A stretch of 64,000 nt of DNA from Azolla caroliniana (GCA_043228905.1 JBHGNT010000016.1:10044001-10108000), one strand, 5' to 3'. Shown: positions 39,601 to 51,275, numbered from the stretch's first letter. Numbers and translations are program-made. Notes: generated by a model from the sequence alone, not told the origin.

Positions 39601-40233
39601 GAACACATCAGCATACTGACGATACTTCTCGGGAAGTTGAACGGTGGACTCCTCTTTGGTGGTACTGGAGGGTTGTACTGATATTGCGAAGAGAAACATT
39701 TCCTCCTTGCGCCCTTCCTCACGCAACTGACGTAGCGAAATGGTTGCAACCTTCTGGGTAGATCCTTGGGTTTGTCGCAACCGGATTTCCCTTGTCCTCC
39801 AATCTATGTCTGGGTTATGTAACTCGAACCATGGTAATCCTAAAACTATGGGATGTTCTGGAATACTAATAATATTAAATGATACTACACATGTTAAGTT
39901 ATCTAGGACAATATTAACGGGTTCCGACTCTTCTATGATATTACCAGAAGCAATGGGACGACCATCAATGACTACTACTGAGGCTGGACATGGGAGCTTT
40001 CTGAGAGATATCTGATGAGCTCGGGCAAAATTCCTATCCATGAAGCAAGAATTAGCTCCGGAATCTAGAAGGGCTAAGGTATGTACTGGAGGGGTACTTT
40101 TAGTACTAACTGCTACTTGGGCTACGAACACATCACTAACTTGCTTAGAGGGAATGGAACCACTAATGGGCTGCACAGATCTAGGGCTGTCCAACCAAAC
40201 GGCTCCTATTTTGGCTGGACTTAGTCGTTTAAC
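36637..40233 (-). CDS. pol: Pol of F (PR, RT, RNaseH, INT, chromodomain), probably made by -1 frameshift
   Basis: Open 1185-aa frame with LLDSGA, IYLDDLL, EADASD, YHPQTDGQAE and EYEVAAILDSK...YLVDWLGY...TWEP. Confidence 0.95.
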   Translation of the reverse strand, partial: VKRLSPAKIGAVWLDSPRSVQPISGSIPSKQVSDVFVAQVAVSTKSTPPVHTLALLDSGANSCFMDRNFARAHQISLRKLPCPASVVVIDGRPIASGNIIEESEPVNIVLDNLTCVVSFNIISIPEHPIVLGLPWFELHNPDIDWRTREIRLRQTQGSTQKVATISLRQLREEGRKEEMFLFAISVQPSSTTKEESTVQLPEKYRQYADVFDKVQANTLPHHRPYDCAIDLQQGKEPPWGPIYNLSPTELEVLRAYIEENLENGFIRHSKSPAGAPIFFVKKKDGSLRLVVDYRGLNKVTVRNRYALPLISSLLERINGARFFTKIDLRGAYNLVRIRPGDEWKTAFRTRYGHFEYTVMPFGLTNAPAVFQHMANDIFRDLLDDFLIIYLDDLLVYSKTQEEHDSHVLLVLKRLREHGLYAKLEKCSFGCNQVEFLGYVISSEGISMDPAKVKTVIEWHTPRSVRDVQCFLGFANFYRKFIQNYSKIVLPLTQLTRKGQSFIWSKETDMAFESLKKAFTSAPILGHVDPEKPFIIEADASDFALGSILSQQGNDEKLHPVAFHSRKFDAAEINYEIHDKELLAIVDSFMQWRHFLEGSPHQVTVFSDHKNLAYFQDARVLNRRQARWAHFLTRFDFKITYRPGKHQGKADALSRRSYLTPRPGEPAFDNQKQVILGPARLQAAQVFDMPVDSDITNTIREDLKTDAFAQAILAQIDPSRASCSQSQSPGTDYRQFKYCDGLLFFKELLYVPNGSCRLRVVQNCHDTYTAGHFGSTKTLDLVQRSFWWPRMRQFVEDFVRTCDTCCRVKMPRHHPYGLLEPLPIPSKPWQSIALDFITDLPVSKGFSAILTVVDRYTKMAHFLPCTKEISSEDTAEIVMREVCRHHGLPDNIISDRGPQFVSKFWKHLFKMLKVTCHLSSSYHPQTDGQAERTNQTLEQYLRCFLNYHQNDWADILQFAEFAYNNAIHASTKVTPFYAYTGYHPRWCVLETPEVSTNPCAEDRLERLRKIQADLSTQLQQAQQSHKDYADRHRLPSSFNIGDRVWLLRRHIKTTRPCEKLDYRRLGPFRIIGKINDVAFRLELPPQLRIHPVFHSSLLEPYHESTIPGRTIQPPPPIELEDGPEYEVAAILDSKIVRNKLYYLVDWLGYSPSERTWEPIENVTNARALLEDFHRRYPEKPGPQSKTTRGTRRFKGGIVS

Positions 40234-41390
40234 TCTTCTTCTAATTGGCTAAGGACATCAAATTTGTTTGCGAGATTCGGACTATTAGTACTATTAGGAC
40301 TATTATGACTATGAGGACTATCAGAGATTCCTACTGAAATAGACTCGGGTTTAGTATAGTCAGAACTAACAACGACTTGGTTTACCTGCCTTCTTGGTCT
40401 ATGGGGACAGTTTATCGCGATATGCCCTGGTCCACCGCAATAAAGGCATAATCGATTTGTTCGGCGTCGTTGCTTTTCCTCCTCCGATAGCGGCCCACGA
40501 CGACGTGTAGTGTCAATTTCCATTGGAGTTGGAGTACTTACTGGAGGCGCATTATGTGACTCCCTTTGAAAAGGTTTTGCTACCACTGAGGCATAGGTAG
40601 GCTCGGATCTTGCCCTCGGCATCTGAAATTGTCGTTCCGAACGTCGCTCGAAGAGGCGGTTGTCACATCTGACCGCTCCACTGATTGCTTCTGTTAATGA
40701 TTTTGGCTCTTCAGGGAAAGTCAAGAGTAAATCCTTGACATCGTTGCGTAGACCATAGCGGAACTGCTCCATCAATGCTTGATCATCCCAGGGGATATCG
40801 GCGGCGAGTAGGCGGAAATCTGCAGCATATGCGGAGGCTGGACGGTCACCTTGGCGTAATCGCCGGATTTTGTTGATTGCAGTCCTTATGCTGTCAGTAT
40901 CTCCAAAACATGCTTTAAACTCACTTATGAATTCTTCAAAATTATTTAGTACTGGAGATTCCTTTTCTAGTAGCGGAGCGAACCATGCTAATGCTGAGCC
41001 ATTTAACAACGTGCCTACTAAACCCACTCGTGATGCATCGGTGGGATATCGGGACGGATGCATTTGAATAACTAACCGTACCTGGTTAAGAAACCCTCTA
41101 AACTGCGATCGCGTTCCATCGAACTTCATGGGAAGGCCAATCTTGGGTTCTTTATGAATCCCTTGTGCTCCGTGCCCTTGTTGTTGCATTGCTACGATGG
41201 TTGCTTCGAGTTGTTGCACGCGTAACGCAAGTTCCCCATGCTGTTGTTGCGTTTGCTGCTTTTCTAAGGAAATTTGCTGAAGATCCCCCAACAAGCGTTG
41301 ATTTTCTTGTTCCAAGGCATGAAACTTCTCTTTCAAGCATTGAAATTCCGAGAAAACGGATTGATACTCTTCAGCGCTAACGGTGGCCAT
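40221..41390 (-). CDS. gag: Gag of F (389 aa)
   Basis: Coiled-coil N-terminus, [31 protein letters not shown]. Confidence 0.95.
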   Translation of the reverse strand: MATVSAEEYQSVFSEFQCLKEKFHALEQENQRLLGDLQQISLEKQQTQQQHGELALRVQQLEATIVAMQQQGHGAQGIHKEPKIGLPMKFDGTRSQFRGFLNQVRLVIQMHPSRYPTDASRVGLVGTLLNGSALAWFAPLLEKESPVLNNFEEFISEFKACFGDTDSIRTAINKIRRLRQGDRPASAYAADFRLLAADIPWDDQALMEQFRYGLRNDVKDLLLTFPEEPKSLTEAISGAVRCDNRLFERRSERQFQMPRARSEPTYASVVAKPFQRESHNAPPVSTPTPMEIDTTRRRGPLSEEEKQRRRTNRLCLYCGGPGHIAINCPHRPRRQVNQVVVSSDYTKPESISVGISDSPHSHNSPNSTNSPNLANKFDVLSQLEEELND

Positions 41391-41491
41391 GGGATGAAGG
41401 AAAAGGGAAATAAGAGACTAATAGAAAAGGAGGGAGACAGAAGGAAGAGGGAGAGAAAAGACCAGACAGGCACCGAGAAATCGGTTCAAAC

Positions 41492-41624
41492 TGTCAGGAA
41501 CTCTATTAAGGCAGAGAAGGAATTAGTACTAAAAGAAGGATTAGTACTATTGTCGGGGAATAGTACTAAGACAGAGAAGGATTAGTACTATGAGAGGTGT
41601 CAAACTTTGAGAGAAGGAATGGGT

Positions 41625-41680
<56 letters not shown>

Positions 41681-42087
41681 TGATGCGAAAGGTATATGTA
41701 TTATATGAAGGAAGATATACAACAGTAGTTAGAAGGCTTAAGACTGGCGTTGAACCGATTTGGTTCGAACTAATGCCTTGCGCCTCCTTTTATAGTGTCT
41801 TCAGGAATACTCCTGAAGTTTCTAGAATGTTCCAGAGAAATCTGGAATATACATCAATTTCCCAATAAAACCTAAATGAAAATAATATCCTTCAAATTAC
41901 AATTCATAACCTAATGGTAAAGTCTCGACCCGTGTAACAAAAGGTTATGGGTTCGAGTCTAGTTATGACACTATCCCCCCTTTAAAACCTAAATGAAAAT
42001 AATATCCTTCAAATTACAATTCATAACCTAATGGTAAAGTCTCGACCCGTGTAACAAAAGGTTATGGGTTCGAGTCTAGTTATGACA
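41492..42087 (-). repeat. 5' LTR of F
   Basis: Repeat of 36050-36644 with only a few differences. Confidence 0.95.
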
Positions 42088-43430
42088 GCTCCAAGCCTTA
42101 GAAGAAAAAAGAAAGCATATTGAGGCCGCCAAGAAATATGCCGCACAACAAGACACGTCATGGTGGGATGTATTTTATAGTGATCGGAAAGGAATTATAG
42201 ACAATTGTGTATTTGGTGATAATTGGAATTTGGAAATGCCATTCACATGGTCGCTGCAACATGATCGTGTAAATAGAACTCCGGAGCAACCACCAAATGT
42301 GATTAATGACAACTTGGTCCATCCACAACAAAGAGACATTTATGTGGGACCAAGGATGACCAAAGCAGTCAAAGCTAGATGGCAAGGCAATTTGCAAGAG
42401 CTCACGACGGGGATGTTGATTGCAACGCCGGCTGATGAGAACTCACATGGCCACCAATTTTGGGTGTGTAAAATTCTAGAAGTGGTAATGCATGAAATAA
42501 AAAACACGATCGAGTCTATAAACGTTCATTGGTACAACACTAGAAGTGCAAATGCTTTTCCTGGTAAGTATACATTGGAGATGATTGAATGCCCAACAAG
42601 AAGGGGAGGTAGGAAGGGGAAGCGAAACATTTGTAACACCTCGACCCTTGATATCTCTAATGTGGATTTCATCATCTACGACTTCACATTTACAAAAGCC
42701 AGACGATTAAGGAAGTCAACAATAGATATAATAAAAGAAAAATTATCAGGTCTACAAGGTGGCTTGAGTCAAAGGCAAACGAGATCTGCTACATATAATC
42801 TAGAGTCAAACCATTTGGTTTATGACGAAGATAATGCACTGATTGGTACATCCGAGGATGACGAGGAGGAATCGTCATTGTATATTAGTTATAGTACTAA
42901 TTCTCCGTAAAGGAGTGATCACAAATGTATATTTGGCTATTAAGTGTAACTACATTCTGCTTGTAACAAATCGAGTAATATAAAAGCATGTGTTTTGAAT
43001 TCTTATGATTTCTAAAAAATCGTTTCTTATAAAATAACATTGGTTGTAAAGTTTGTGATATAAATTGAGAATGTAACTTTTTGAAATTCCTCTTTTTTTA
43101 GTTACTTCTAAATCACGAAACTAGTGGATTTTAAACCTTTTTCATAGTATGTTTGAACATGTATGATACTGGTATCAATGTGTTTTGTAAAATCATTGAA
43201 AAAGCCCTAAAATCAACCAAAATTTTCCTTATCCTTCCATTTATGCGCGATCCTTCCACTTGTGAACATGAACATGTTTTTTTCTCTTTTTACTTTTCTT
43301 TGTGTCTCTTACTTTTACTTTTGACTTCTTCTTAAGGTCTTGGTTCGTGTTCTTAGCCTCCAAATGTGAATGCTACATACCTTATATTCTTCTAGTTTTC
43401 AATAACTTGAATTCTAAAAACACTTACACA

Positions 43431-43866
43431 GCAATGTTCTCCAATTCAACGTAGAGAACAGGGGGCAATGGTTGCCCCCAATTCATCAAAACCCTTTGAA
43501 TCACAGTAACTGTTAGGTTGGGGTCGTTGTGGACATTCGGGTAAGTAATGAAGACGTGAGGTTTAACTGTCCCATTATAACCCAAACAACCCACCAAGTG
43601 CATCTGAACCAAACAATCGTCGTTGACGTCTTTTGGAAGCATCCTAATGTGGGGCATACATGCCTTCTTTTGGTCCATACTATCAATCATTAGACACATA
43701 TATTGCTTCGGCTTCTTCAACGATTTCTCTCTATCGTGCATTGCTTTTTTCTAATCTAGTGCTTGCGCATCTCGATGGTCTTGTAACAACTTTTTATTGA
43801 TGTCCTTCTCTTTTTTTGTGTGGGAGCCTTTAGCCATGATCTTTAGGTTTGCACAAATAGAGCAAC
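43431..43866 (-). pseudogene. Middle fragment of the second transposase copy
   Basis: CSICANLK...YMCLMIDSMDQKK...LYVELENIA, colinear with 35080-35512. Confidence 0.8.
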
Positions 43867-43869
43867 GGC

Positions 43870-46800
43870 TATCCGCTACTGTAATGCAGCTACGTAGCAT
43901 GTGTACGTGACCAAAGGAAGTCTCTACATGAACATGAACATCCAAATGGGTAGCTCACTCCCTAGTGAAAAGCTAGATTGGAGCAATTATTCAGTGTAGC
44001 CAACTAGCTCTTCGGTTATACCATGCTAGTATAACAGTCCTCGGTCCTTCGTGCCACTCACATATCGCAAAAATCGATCCACGCACAGAAGGTGCTCCAC
44101 AGTCGACTTCTGCATATATTGGCTGATCACACCAATCGGATAACTGATGTCGGGTCAGGTGATTGTCAAATATATAAGGCTTCCAACGATTTGTCGAAAC
44201 CGCTTCTCAACGCAGGCCGGTCCTAAGTCGAGACGGAGCTTGTGGTTCCGGTCCAGGGGTGTGGAGATTAGTCGGCATTCCATCATGCTGAACTTGTACA
44301 TCATATTCAACACATAGTGTCTTTGTGAGAGCAATATGCCGCAAGGGGTTCGAATCACCTCGATCCCAAGGAAATAGTGAAGGTCCCCCAGGTCCTTCAA
44401 CTCAAATGCTTCCAATAGTTGGGACTTGACTCCGCTGATTTCATCGAATCCGGGTCCGGTGATGACTAGATCAACAACATACAACAAGATGCAAATCAGA
44501 CCGTCCAAACCTTGCTAGATGAACAACGAAGAGTCGGACTTGGAGGTCGCAAACCCCATCTTACGCAACCGGTGCGTGATCTTCGCATTCCAAGCTCGGG
44601 GGGCTTGCTTCAGGCCATAAAGTGACTTCTTTAGCTGGCATATGGCTGACTTGTTCATCTCCAACAGGAAACCAGGGGGTTGGGTCATAAAGACCTCTAC
44701 TTCAAGATCTCCTTGAAGAAATGCATTCTTCACATCCATCTGGTGAAGATGCCACCCCCTTGCCGCAGCAACCGCCAACACCACACGAACCGTCGTCATC
44801 TTCGCTACCGGAGCGAAGGTCTCGTCGTAGTCCATTACGTGAGTCTACGCATATCCCTTCGCCATTAACCGGGCTTTGTACCGGTTAACCGAACCGTCGG
44901 CATTGTACTTTACCTTGTACACCCACTTACATCCAATCGGTTTACAGTGTCAGGGAGGGTGAACTAGGTCCCACGTGTCGTTGGCATCAAGTGCCCACAT
45001 TTCTTCCTCCATAGCAGCACGCTAATTGGTGTCTTTTGACGCTTCTGTGTAGCTCTCCGGCTCATGCACTTCCGCCACCTTAGTCATGTACGCATAATGA
45101 TGCGCCATGTACTCATTGCACCCATACTGCTTCACGAGGTTCTTCTGGCGGGAAGACTGGCGTATCTTATCATTACCCGGTTTGAGGCCCCTCTTGGCCG
45201 GTTCGGGCTTTGTTCCCGAAGATCTGCCTTCATCCATTCTGGAGTCAGATTCGCTCCGATCCGTCTAAACATTGCTGGTTTCGTATTTCGGCATCTTCTT
45301 CTTCCCCTTCTCTTTGCCCATGAACCGTCTCCTCGGTTCCTTGCACGGGGAGAGCACGACAGAGTCTCCACTACTCATCGGTTCCTCATCCGACTGGTCA
45401 TCCCAACTCAGCCTCTCGTTTGGCCCGCTCAACCGAAATGATTCCGGACTCTCATCTAGAGTCTCGAACCCTTCGTCTTCTAGCTGGACCGGTTCAGGCT
45501 CACTAGCCTTATCCTCCGGAATTGGGTCGGGGTTGGAAGTCGGAGCCGGTAAGGCATACCATGATGCCGTCTCATCAAACTCAACATCCCGGCTAACTCG
45601 GACCTGCTTCGTCCAGGGGTTATAACACTTACACGCCTTTTGCTCATGCGAGTAACCAACCAGGATGCATTTCTCCGACTTTGCATCCAACTTCCTCCAC
45701 TTCTCATCCGGCACATGCACATATGCAATGCTACCAAATATCTGAAGGTGTCGCAAATTCGGCTTGCGCCCGAAATATGGCTCATGCGCAGACACCTTCT
45801 CACCGATCCAGTTTTGGATATAGACGGTCGTCCGGACCACCTCAGCCCAGCAGAATTTGGGCATGCTCTTCTCCTCCAGCATCTCCCTTTCCGCGTCGAT
45901 AACCGATCAGTTCCTCCTCTCGGCCACACCGTTTTGCTCTGGTGTGTATTTGTAGTTGAACTCTCTCTGAATTCCTTTTTGCTATAGATAACTGTTGAAT
46001 TGACCGGAAAAATATTCTTTTTCGCCATCTGACCACAGGCACTTGATCTTCCTTTCCATTTCCCTTTCAACCAGGCTTTTCAGGTTCCGGACACACTCGA
46101 ACACTTCGCTCTTCCGCTCAATGAGGTAGATCCATGTGTGCCGGTTGTAGTCGTCAATGAAGGAGACGAAGTATCGACTCCCGCCAAGACTAACGTTCTG
46201 TGCTGGTCCCCATACATCGGAATGAATAAGGTCGAGCTTGTTACCACTACGGTTTCGTTCGGTGGGGAATGGAAGTTGGTGTTGCTTCCCAAGTTGGCAG
46301 GCTTCACATATTTTGGCCTTCCGACCACTGAACTTCAGCAAACCGAAAACAACTTGTTTCATTTGCAGGTCTTGAAGCCTCTGGTAATTGACATGGTCAA
46401 TCCACTTGTGCCAGAGATCAATATCCGATTCAATCTTTTTTCCTTTGGCGAACAAAGCGGTGCCGACGTCATTGGTGTTGAGGATGAACATCCTCCCATC
46501 TTTGCGCCCTTGTGCAATAATCTGGCCCTCTTCCTCGATGATGCACCCGAGGTGCGTAAACCGCATCTACATTCCTTGGTCAACAATCTGTCCAACCGAC
46601 ACCAAGTTCTTCGTGATAGTCGGAAGATGTAATACGTTCATCAACTTCCCCCTCTATCTGACGTGGCTCAAAGGGACTTCTCTGACGTGCACAATTGGGT
46701 GAGGACTATCGTCTCAGGTTTCGACAACTCCTGGTTGTTCCGGTTTCTCCACGAAAGAGAACCACTCTTTGTGGCTCGTCATGTGATTCGAGGCACCAGA

Positions 46801-48455
46801 GTCAATGTACCACACTTCCTCCAATTTGGAAGTGGTCTTCTTCATCGAGTTAGCCTCGTGTTTCATCACCAAGTTGGCCCTTTACCGGCTTTTCCGGTTT
46901 TGGATCCTCCCGATCCTTCTACGTAGTGCGAGTATTGTCAGTTCTCTCTACGGGCCTTGTCGGATCCGGATCTATCTGAATCGGCACGCTTCTTCTAGCA
47001 CTCGCTTTCTCTGTGGCCCTTTTTACCACAATACAAGCATTCCATGTCGACCTTTGCTTGCCGACCTCTGGTGCTGCCTTGACTCCCCCTGCTTGTGGAG
47101 GGTTCGGAACTGTTGTCGGCATGTTCTCTCTGCCTTCAGCCTTGCTCTTGCCGACAGCTACCATTGCAAGCCGACCTGCCCCATCCACCATGCCCACGGG
47201 GCTGATCCACCTCCGTGTACAGCATCCGCCTGTTGGTGGGTGCACTTGTTTATGCACCGGCGTGGTTCTCCTCTACAAGGACCATCGACTATAAGTCGAA
47301 AAAGGACGGCGTATTCTCCCTTGTACATACCGCCGTTCGGAACGCTTTGAACTTAGACGTTGGGCCCCCAAGATAGATCTGCACCATCTCATCTTCCTCC
47401 ACAGTGACGTTGATAGAGGCGAGTCATAGATCTCTTTGATTCGGGTCGTGTAATCGGCTACCGACATGTCCTTCTGTCGGACAATCGGAGTTGCAGCTTC
47501 CGAGCCGTAGTGCTTGCCGCGAAAACCTTCTTCAGGTTTCCCCAAGCTTTTTTGGCATCTTGGCATCTCGAACATGGCTTAGTAGTTGGTCTCCGACATT
47601 GGACGCAAAGCACTACATCACTCTGCTTGCCACTTGTTCCCACATTGGGAAGTCCTTGTGTGCCGCATCAGGTGCTGTGTCATTAGCTCCGTCGACATAG
47701 CTCTCAAGTAACCATGCCCAAGCAGGTACTGGTGCATCTTGTAAGACCAAGATGCGTAGTTGGATTAGTCGAGCTTCTCCATCGGGAGCAAGCTAGCCAT
47801 TCCTCTGTCCATTTTGTTTTTCTTGTTCTTTACAAAGGTTAGGTTTTCTTCTTGAGCTAAGGTTGGCTGTAGAGGTTCTCAACCCTCATGCTCTAATACC
47901 ATGTAGAAACGAATAGCATGCGGAAACAATAGAAAACCGAACACAGAAACACAGGTTTAATGGAGAGCTTGACAGTACGTGGGAGAGATAGAGAAAGAGC
48001 AGAACAAGTTAAATCTTTTTCAAAACAATAATGGTTCTCTGTACATAAAACGTGCTCAACATCACCATGTAGAAACCAATAACGTGCAGAAGCAATAGAA
48101 AACCGAACACAGAAACGCAGGTTTAATGGAGAGCTTGACAGTACTCGGGAGAGACAGAGAAAGAGCAGAACAAGTTAAAACTATTTCAAAACAATAATAG
48201 TTCTCTGTTCATAAAACGTGCTCAACAGTACTATTTATACAAGTCCTAAGAGGACTGACAGAAGTACTGTGTACTTCAATGCTCATACGAGCGTCTGACA
48301 CTAACTATGAAACATTAACTACCTAGTAGTCTAGATTGCTACTAGGCTTCCGGTTACTGCTGGATCCGGTTAACCGGCTCCCCAGCTCACCGGCTCACTG
48401 ATCCGGCTCATCCTTCCGGATGCCATCCGGATCCAGTTGAGTTTGCCGCTCAACA
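43870..48455 (-). mobile_element. Decayed Ty1/Copia element H, 3'-truncated
   Basis: 5' LTR 47902-48455, PBS TGGTATTAGAGC 47890-47901, gag, INT (LIHSDVWGP) and RT (QMDVKNAFL, SLYGLKQAPRAW). It breaks off in the RT/RNaseH region. Confidence 0.88.
47902..48455 (-). repeat. 5' LTR of H with a 166-bp tandem duplication
   Basis: ACCATGTAGAAAC...CGTGCTCAACA unit starts at 47902 and again at 48068. Confidence 0.8.
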
Positions 48456-48630
48456 TAGCCAAATCGTGGAGCAAGGCATGCAAGTTCGTTTCAACAACGA
48501 AGGATGCTTTATAGAAAACGATGGTGGACTCATAGCCTGGGGACGGACAAAAGGCTGAATCTTCATCCTCGATTCGATTGAGGTAAAATCGGCCATGTAT
48601 ACTAAAGGTCTCAAAATTGAGCTGAACATC
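48456..48630 (+). pseudogene. Copia pol fragment related to H, opposite orientation
   Basis: QIVEQGMQVRFNNEGCFIE...LKIELNI aligns with H's RFTHLGCIIEE...KKIESDI. Confidence 0.65.
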
Positions 48631-48807
48631 AAGGAGAGGGTTGTCCCATCAAGTAATTAAGTCAGTTGCTTCAGAAAAAGATTTCCTCGATCTCCTCGTG
48701 TTAAACTCCCTACCTTCCTCTCTATCTGTGCGGAGTAGCCATTAAATCTTATTCTCTAATCCTACGTTATTTACATGTGTTCATACATAGAGACTCAATG
48801 TTAGTCT

Positions 48808-51275
48808 TCACCCGTGCCCGCGCTCTACCTTTCCGTTAGCTTCCGGATTGTACCCCATAGCAAGAGAAAGCTTCACCCCCAACCATTCGAACAACTCTTC
48901 AGCTTCTTGCACATCCAACTCTCCTCGATCGGCCACGATTTTCCCTACGCACCCATACCGGCAAACCACTTCCTCAACTAGGAACCGACACACAATTGCC
49001 GTAGTATTATTCGTCAGTGCTCGGCCCTCCACCTAGTTCGTTAGATCCTCCCGTGCAAGCACCAGGTATCGCATTTGCCCTACCCCCAGTGGCATCATCA
49101 CCAAGTCGGCCATCCACTTGAAATGTATGGTTGGCGGGTAGGTCGGGTGTAGTTCATCGCGATGCCGGATTCTGGAATGCATCAGACAACTCTCGCACGT
49201 CGTTACGAAATTATGCATGTCGCAATACATTCCCGGCCACTGATACCTTTCCTTTAGCTTCTCAAAGGTGGCCCACGTTCCTCGATGCCCGGACTAGGGG
49301 CCGTCATAGAATTCCGACAGGAGTGTCGATTGTTCCTCCTTGCCACCACCCAAAGTGGCGCGTCGGTCCGCTTCTTCGGATGTCGCCATATCTTGCCATT
49401 CCTCAAGAAGAACCAGTAAGCCTTCTTCCGGACCCGGCTCGCTTCGTCCTTTGACCATGTTGCATCCGGTGCCATCATGCTCAGGAACCTGCCGATTACC
49501 AGCCACTCCCCCTCGTAGTCGTCCTTGTCGAATTGGTTTAGGGCCGGAGTGCCATGTCTGTTTGCCCTCAGTTGGGCTGACTCGAAGAAATCCACGCTGA
49601 CCTCTTCGTCTTCTGAACCCATGCCATCCTCATTAACAAACCATGCTCTCGAAAGCATATCAGCCAGGGCGTTGTCCTTCCCAGAGATGTGTCGTATCTC
49701 CAGGTTCAGGGACTTAATGTACGCGATCCACCAGAGCATCGCCAGGTCCAGTGTCGCACATCCGGAAACCATGCCGAGAATTGGCAGGCAATACGTCTCG
49801 ATTATTACTCCCATCCCGATCAAGTAGTCTTTATCGGCCTTGACCACCGAAATGATACCCCCGAGTTCGCATTTAACCTGGGCATATCCTCGTTGCCGCA
49901 CGCTTAGCACCTTCACGCCGAACCGGATGGGGAAACGTGTGCCCTCCTCACGTCCCTGATTGACCACTGACCCAATTCCGGTCGGACTCGTATCCACCGT
50001 CACGTAAATCGGGGTGTCCTTCCCATAGACTGCTTTCCGGAGAGTTGGTGCCCCAGTCAGCGCCTCCTTTAGTCTCCAAACCGATTCCACGTGTTCATCT
50101 TCCCACTCGAACTTCCGAGCCTTCTTCAGCAACCCGTAGAGCGGCTCGGCGATGTGCGTGTAGTGCGGAATCCAAATGTGGTAGAAGGCGCATGCTCCAA
50201 GGAATCTTCGGACTTCTGTGGCCGACATGCATTCCTCCTTCATCTCGGAGATGGCTTCTACTTTCGCCCAAGATAGTTTCCGGCCATATGGCCCGCACAG
50301 GTGCCCCACTACTAGGATCTCTGATTGTCTGAAAGCCGACTTGTACCTGGAGAAGGTAGGTTGAGCACCCTCAAGCCTCTGCAGTATCTTCTTACAGTCG
50401 GAGATGTGATCCGCGACAAACTTCCGCCATCCGTTCGGCCCGATCAACTCATCCTTCGCTTCCTCCAGACATCCCTTGATCGGGATGTCGTCCACGAACG
50501 GCATGGTGATGTCCGGGATGCTGTCCCGTAGAACCTTGTTTACTGCATTCACCATGTGCGCCACCGAGTTATTCTATCCTTGCGGCAGGGTACACATCCG
50601 AACTAAGCCAAGAGGGATTTGCATCGTCGTGAGATCCCTACTCCCTACAGCTAGTTGGAACTGATCATACCCAAAGTATAAATCGCCGACCGAGTAGATC
50701 GACCTTACGGCGAAGGCCTCCGTAAAACTCATCAATCGTCGACTCAATTCCTGCATTCTGAATGGTCACCTTGTTGACCGGCTGCAGGTCTTGGATGAAG
50801 CGCAATGTGCCGTTCTTCTTCGGCACTATAAACCACCGGTTCGAATAGAGGGCACTCGACGGTTTGAGGATTTTCATCTCCACTTTCTATTTCAGCAGCT
50901 CCATCAACTTCAGGATGTGAGCCCGCGGTACCGGAACTGTCTTGAGATTCCACGGTACGTGAGGTACTGTGAAGATCACCATCGGTTCTACGATCGTCGA
51001 GTCGACACCCACAATCTCCCCCGGCGAAATGCGAAGGCTTTCCCGTGCCTTCCAAGCATCCTCCGCAACCTCTCTTTATCCGCAGGCAATAGGAAAGCCA
51101 CCCCACTGATCTTGAGCTCCCGTAGCGTCTCGTCGGTGAACCGGAGTCCTATGCCAACCGAATCTCATAAACTTGGGTCAGTCGCGACCCCTTTCATCCG
51201 CTCCCGGTTGTCCTCCAACAAGGGAGCTGCAGCTGCCCTCACTTTTCAGCCGACAGTTTTGTACTTCATGCTTAC
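48808..51275 (-). pseudogene. pol: Gypsy pol fragment of the same lineage as B (RT, RNaseH, INT), no LTRs visible
   Basis: LRFIQDLQPVN, PFVDDIPIKG, TVDTSP, LAREDLTN, YNPEANGKVERGH. Confidence 0.88.

Larger units (their letters stand above)
36050..42087 (-). mobile_element. Intact young Ty3/Gypsy chromovirus F (Tcn1/Tf1-sushi type)
   Basis: Near-identical LTRs 36050-36644 and 41492-42087; perfect TSD GCTCC (36045-36049, 42088-42092); intact gag and pol; self-priming PBS. Confidence 0.97.
34081..42910 (+). pseudogene. ~930-aa DDD-type transposase (Sola1/DUF7869-like), interrupted by element F
   Basis: ORFs 34081, 34645 and 35203 share one frame and are separated only by point stops. Removing F and one TSD restores the frame into 42093-42910. 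Motifs CSIC, IDGMDQKK, LYIQLDNTARENKN, GHTHDHIDQMFS. Superfamily label is inference. Confidence 0.82.
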
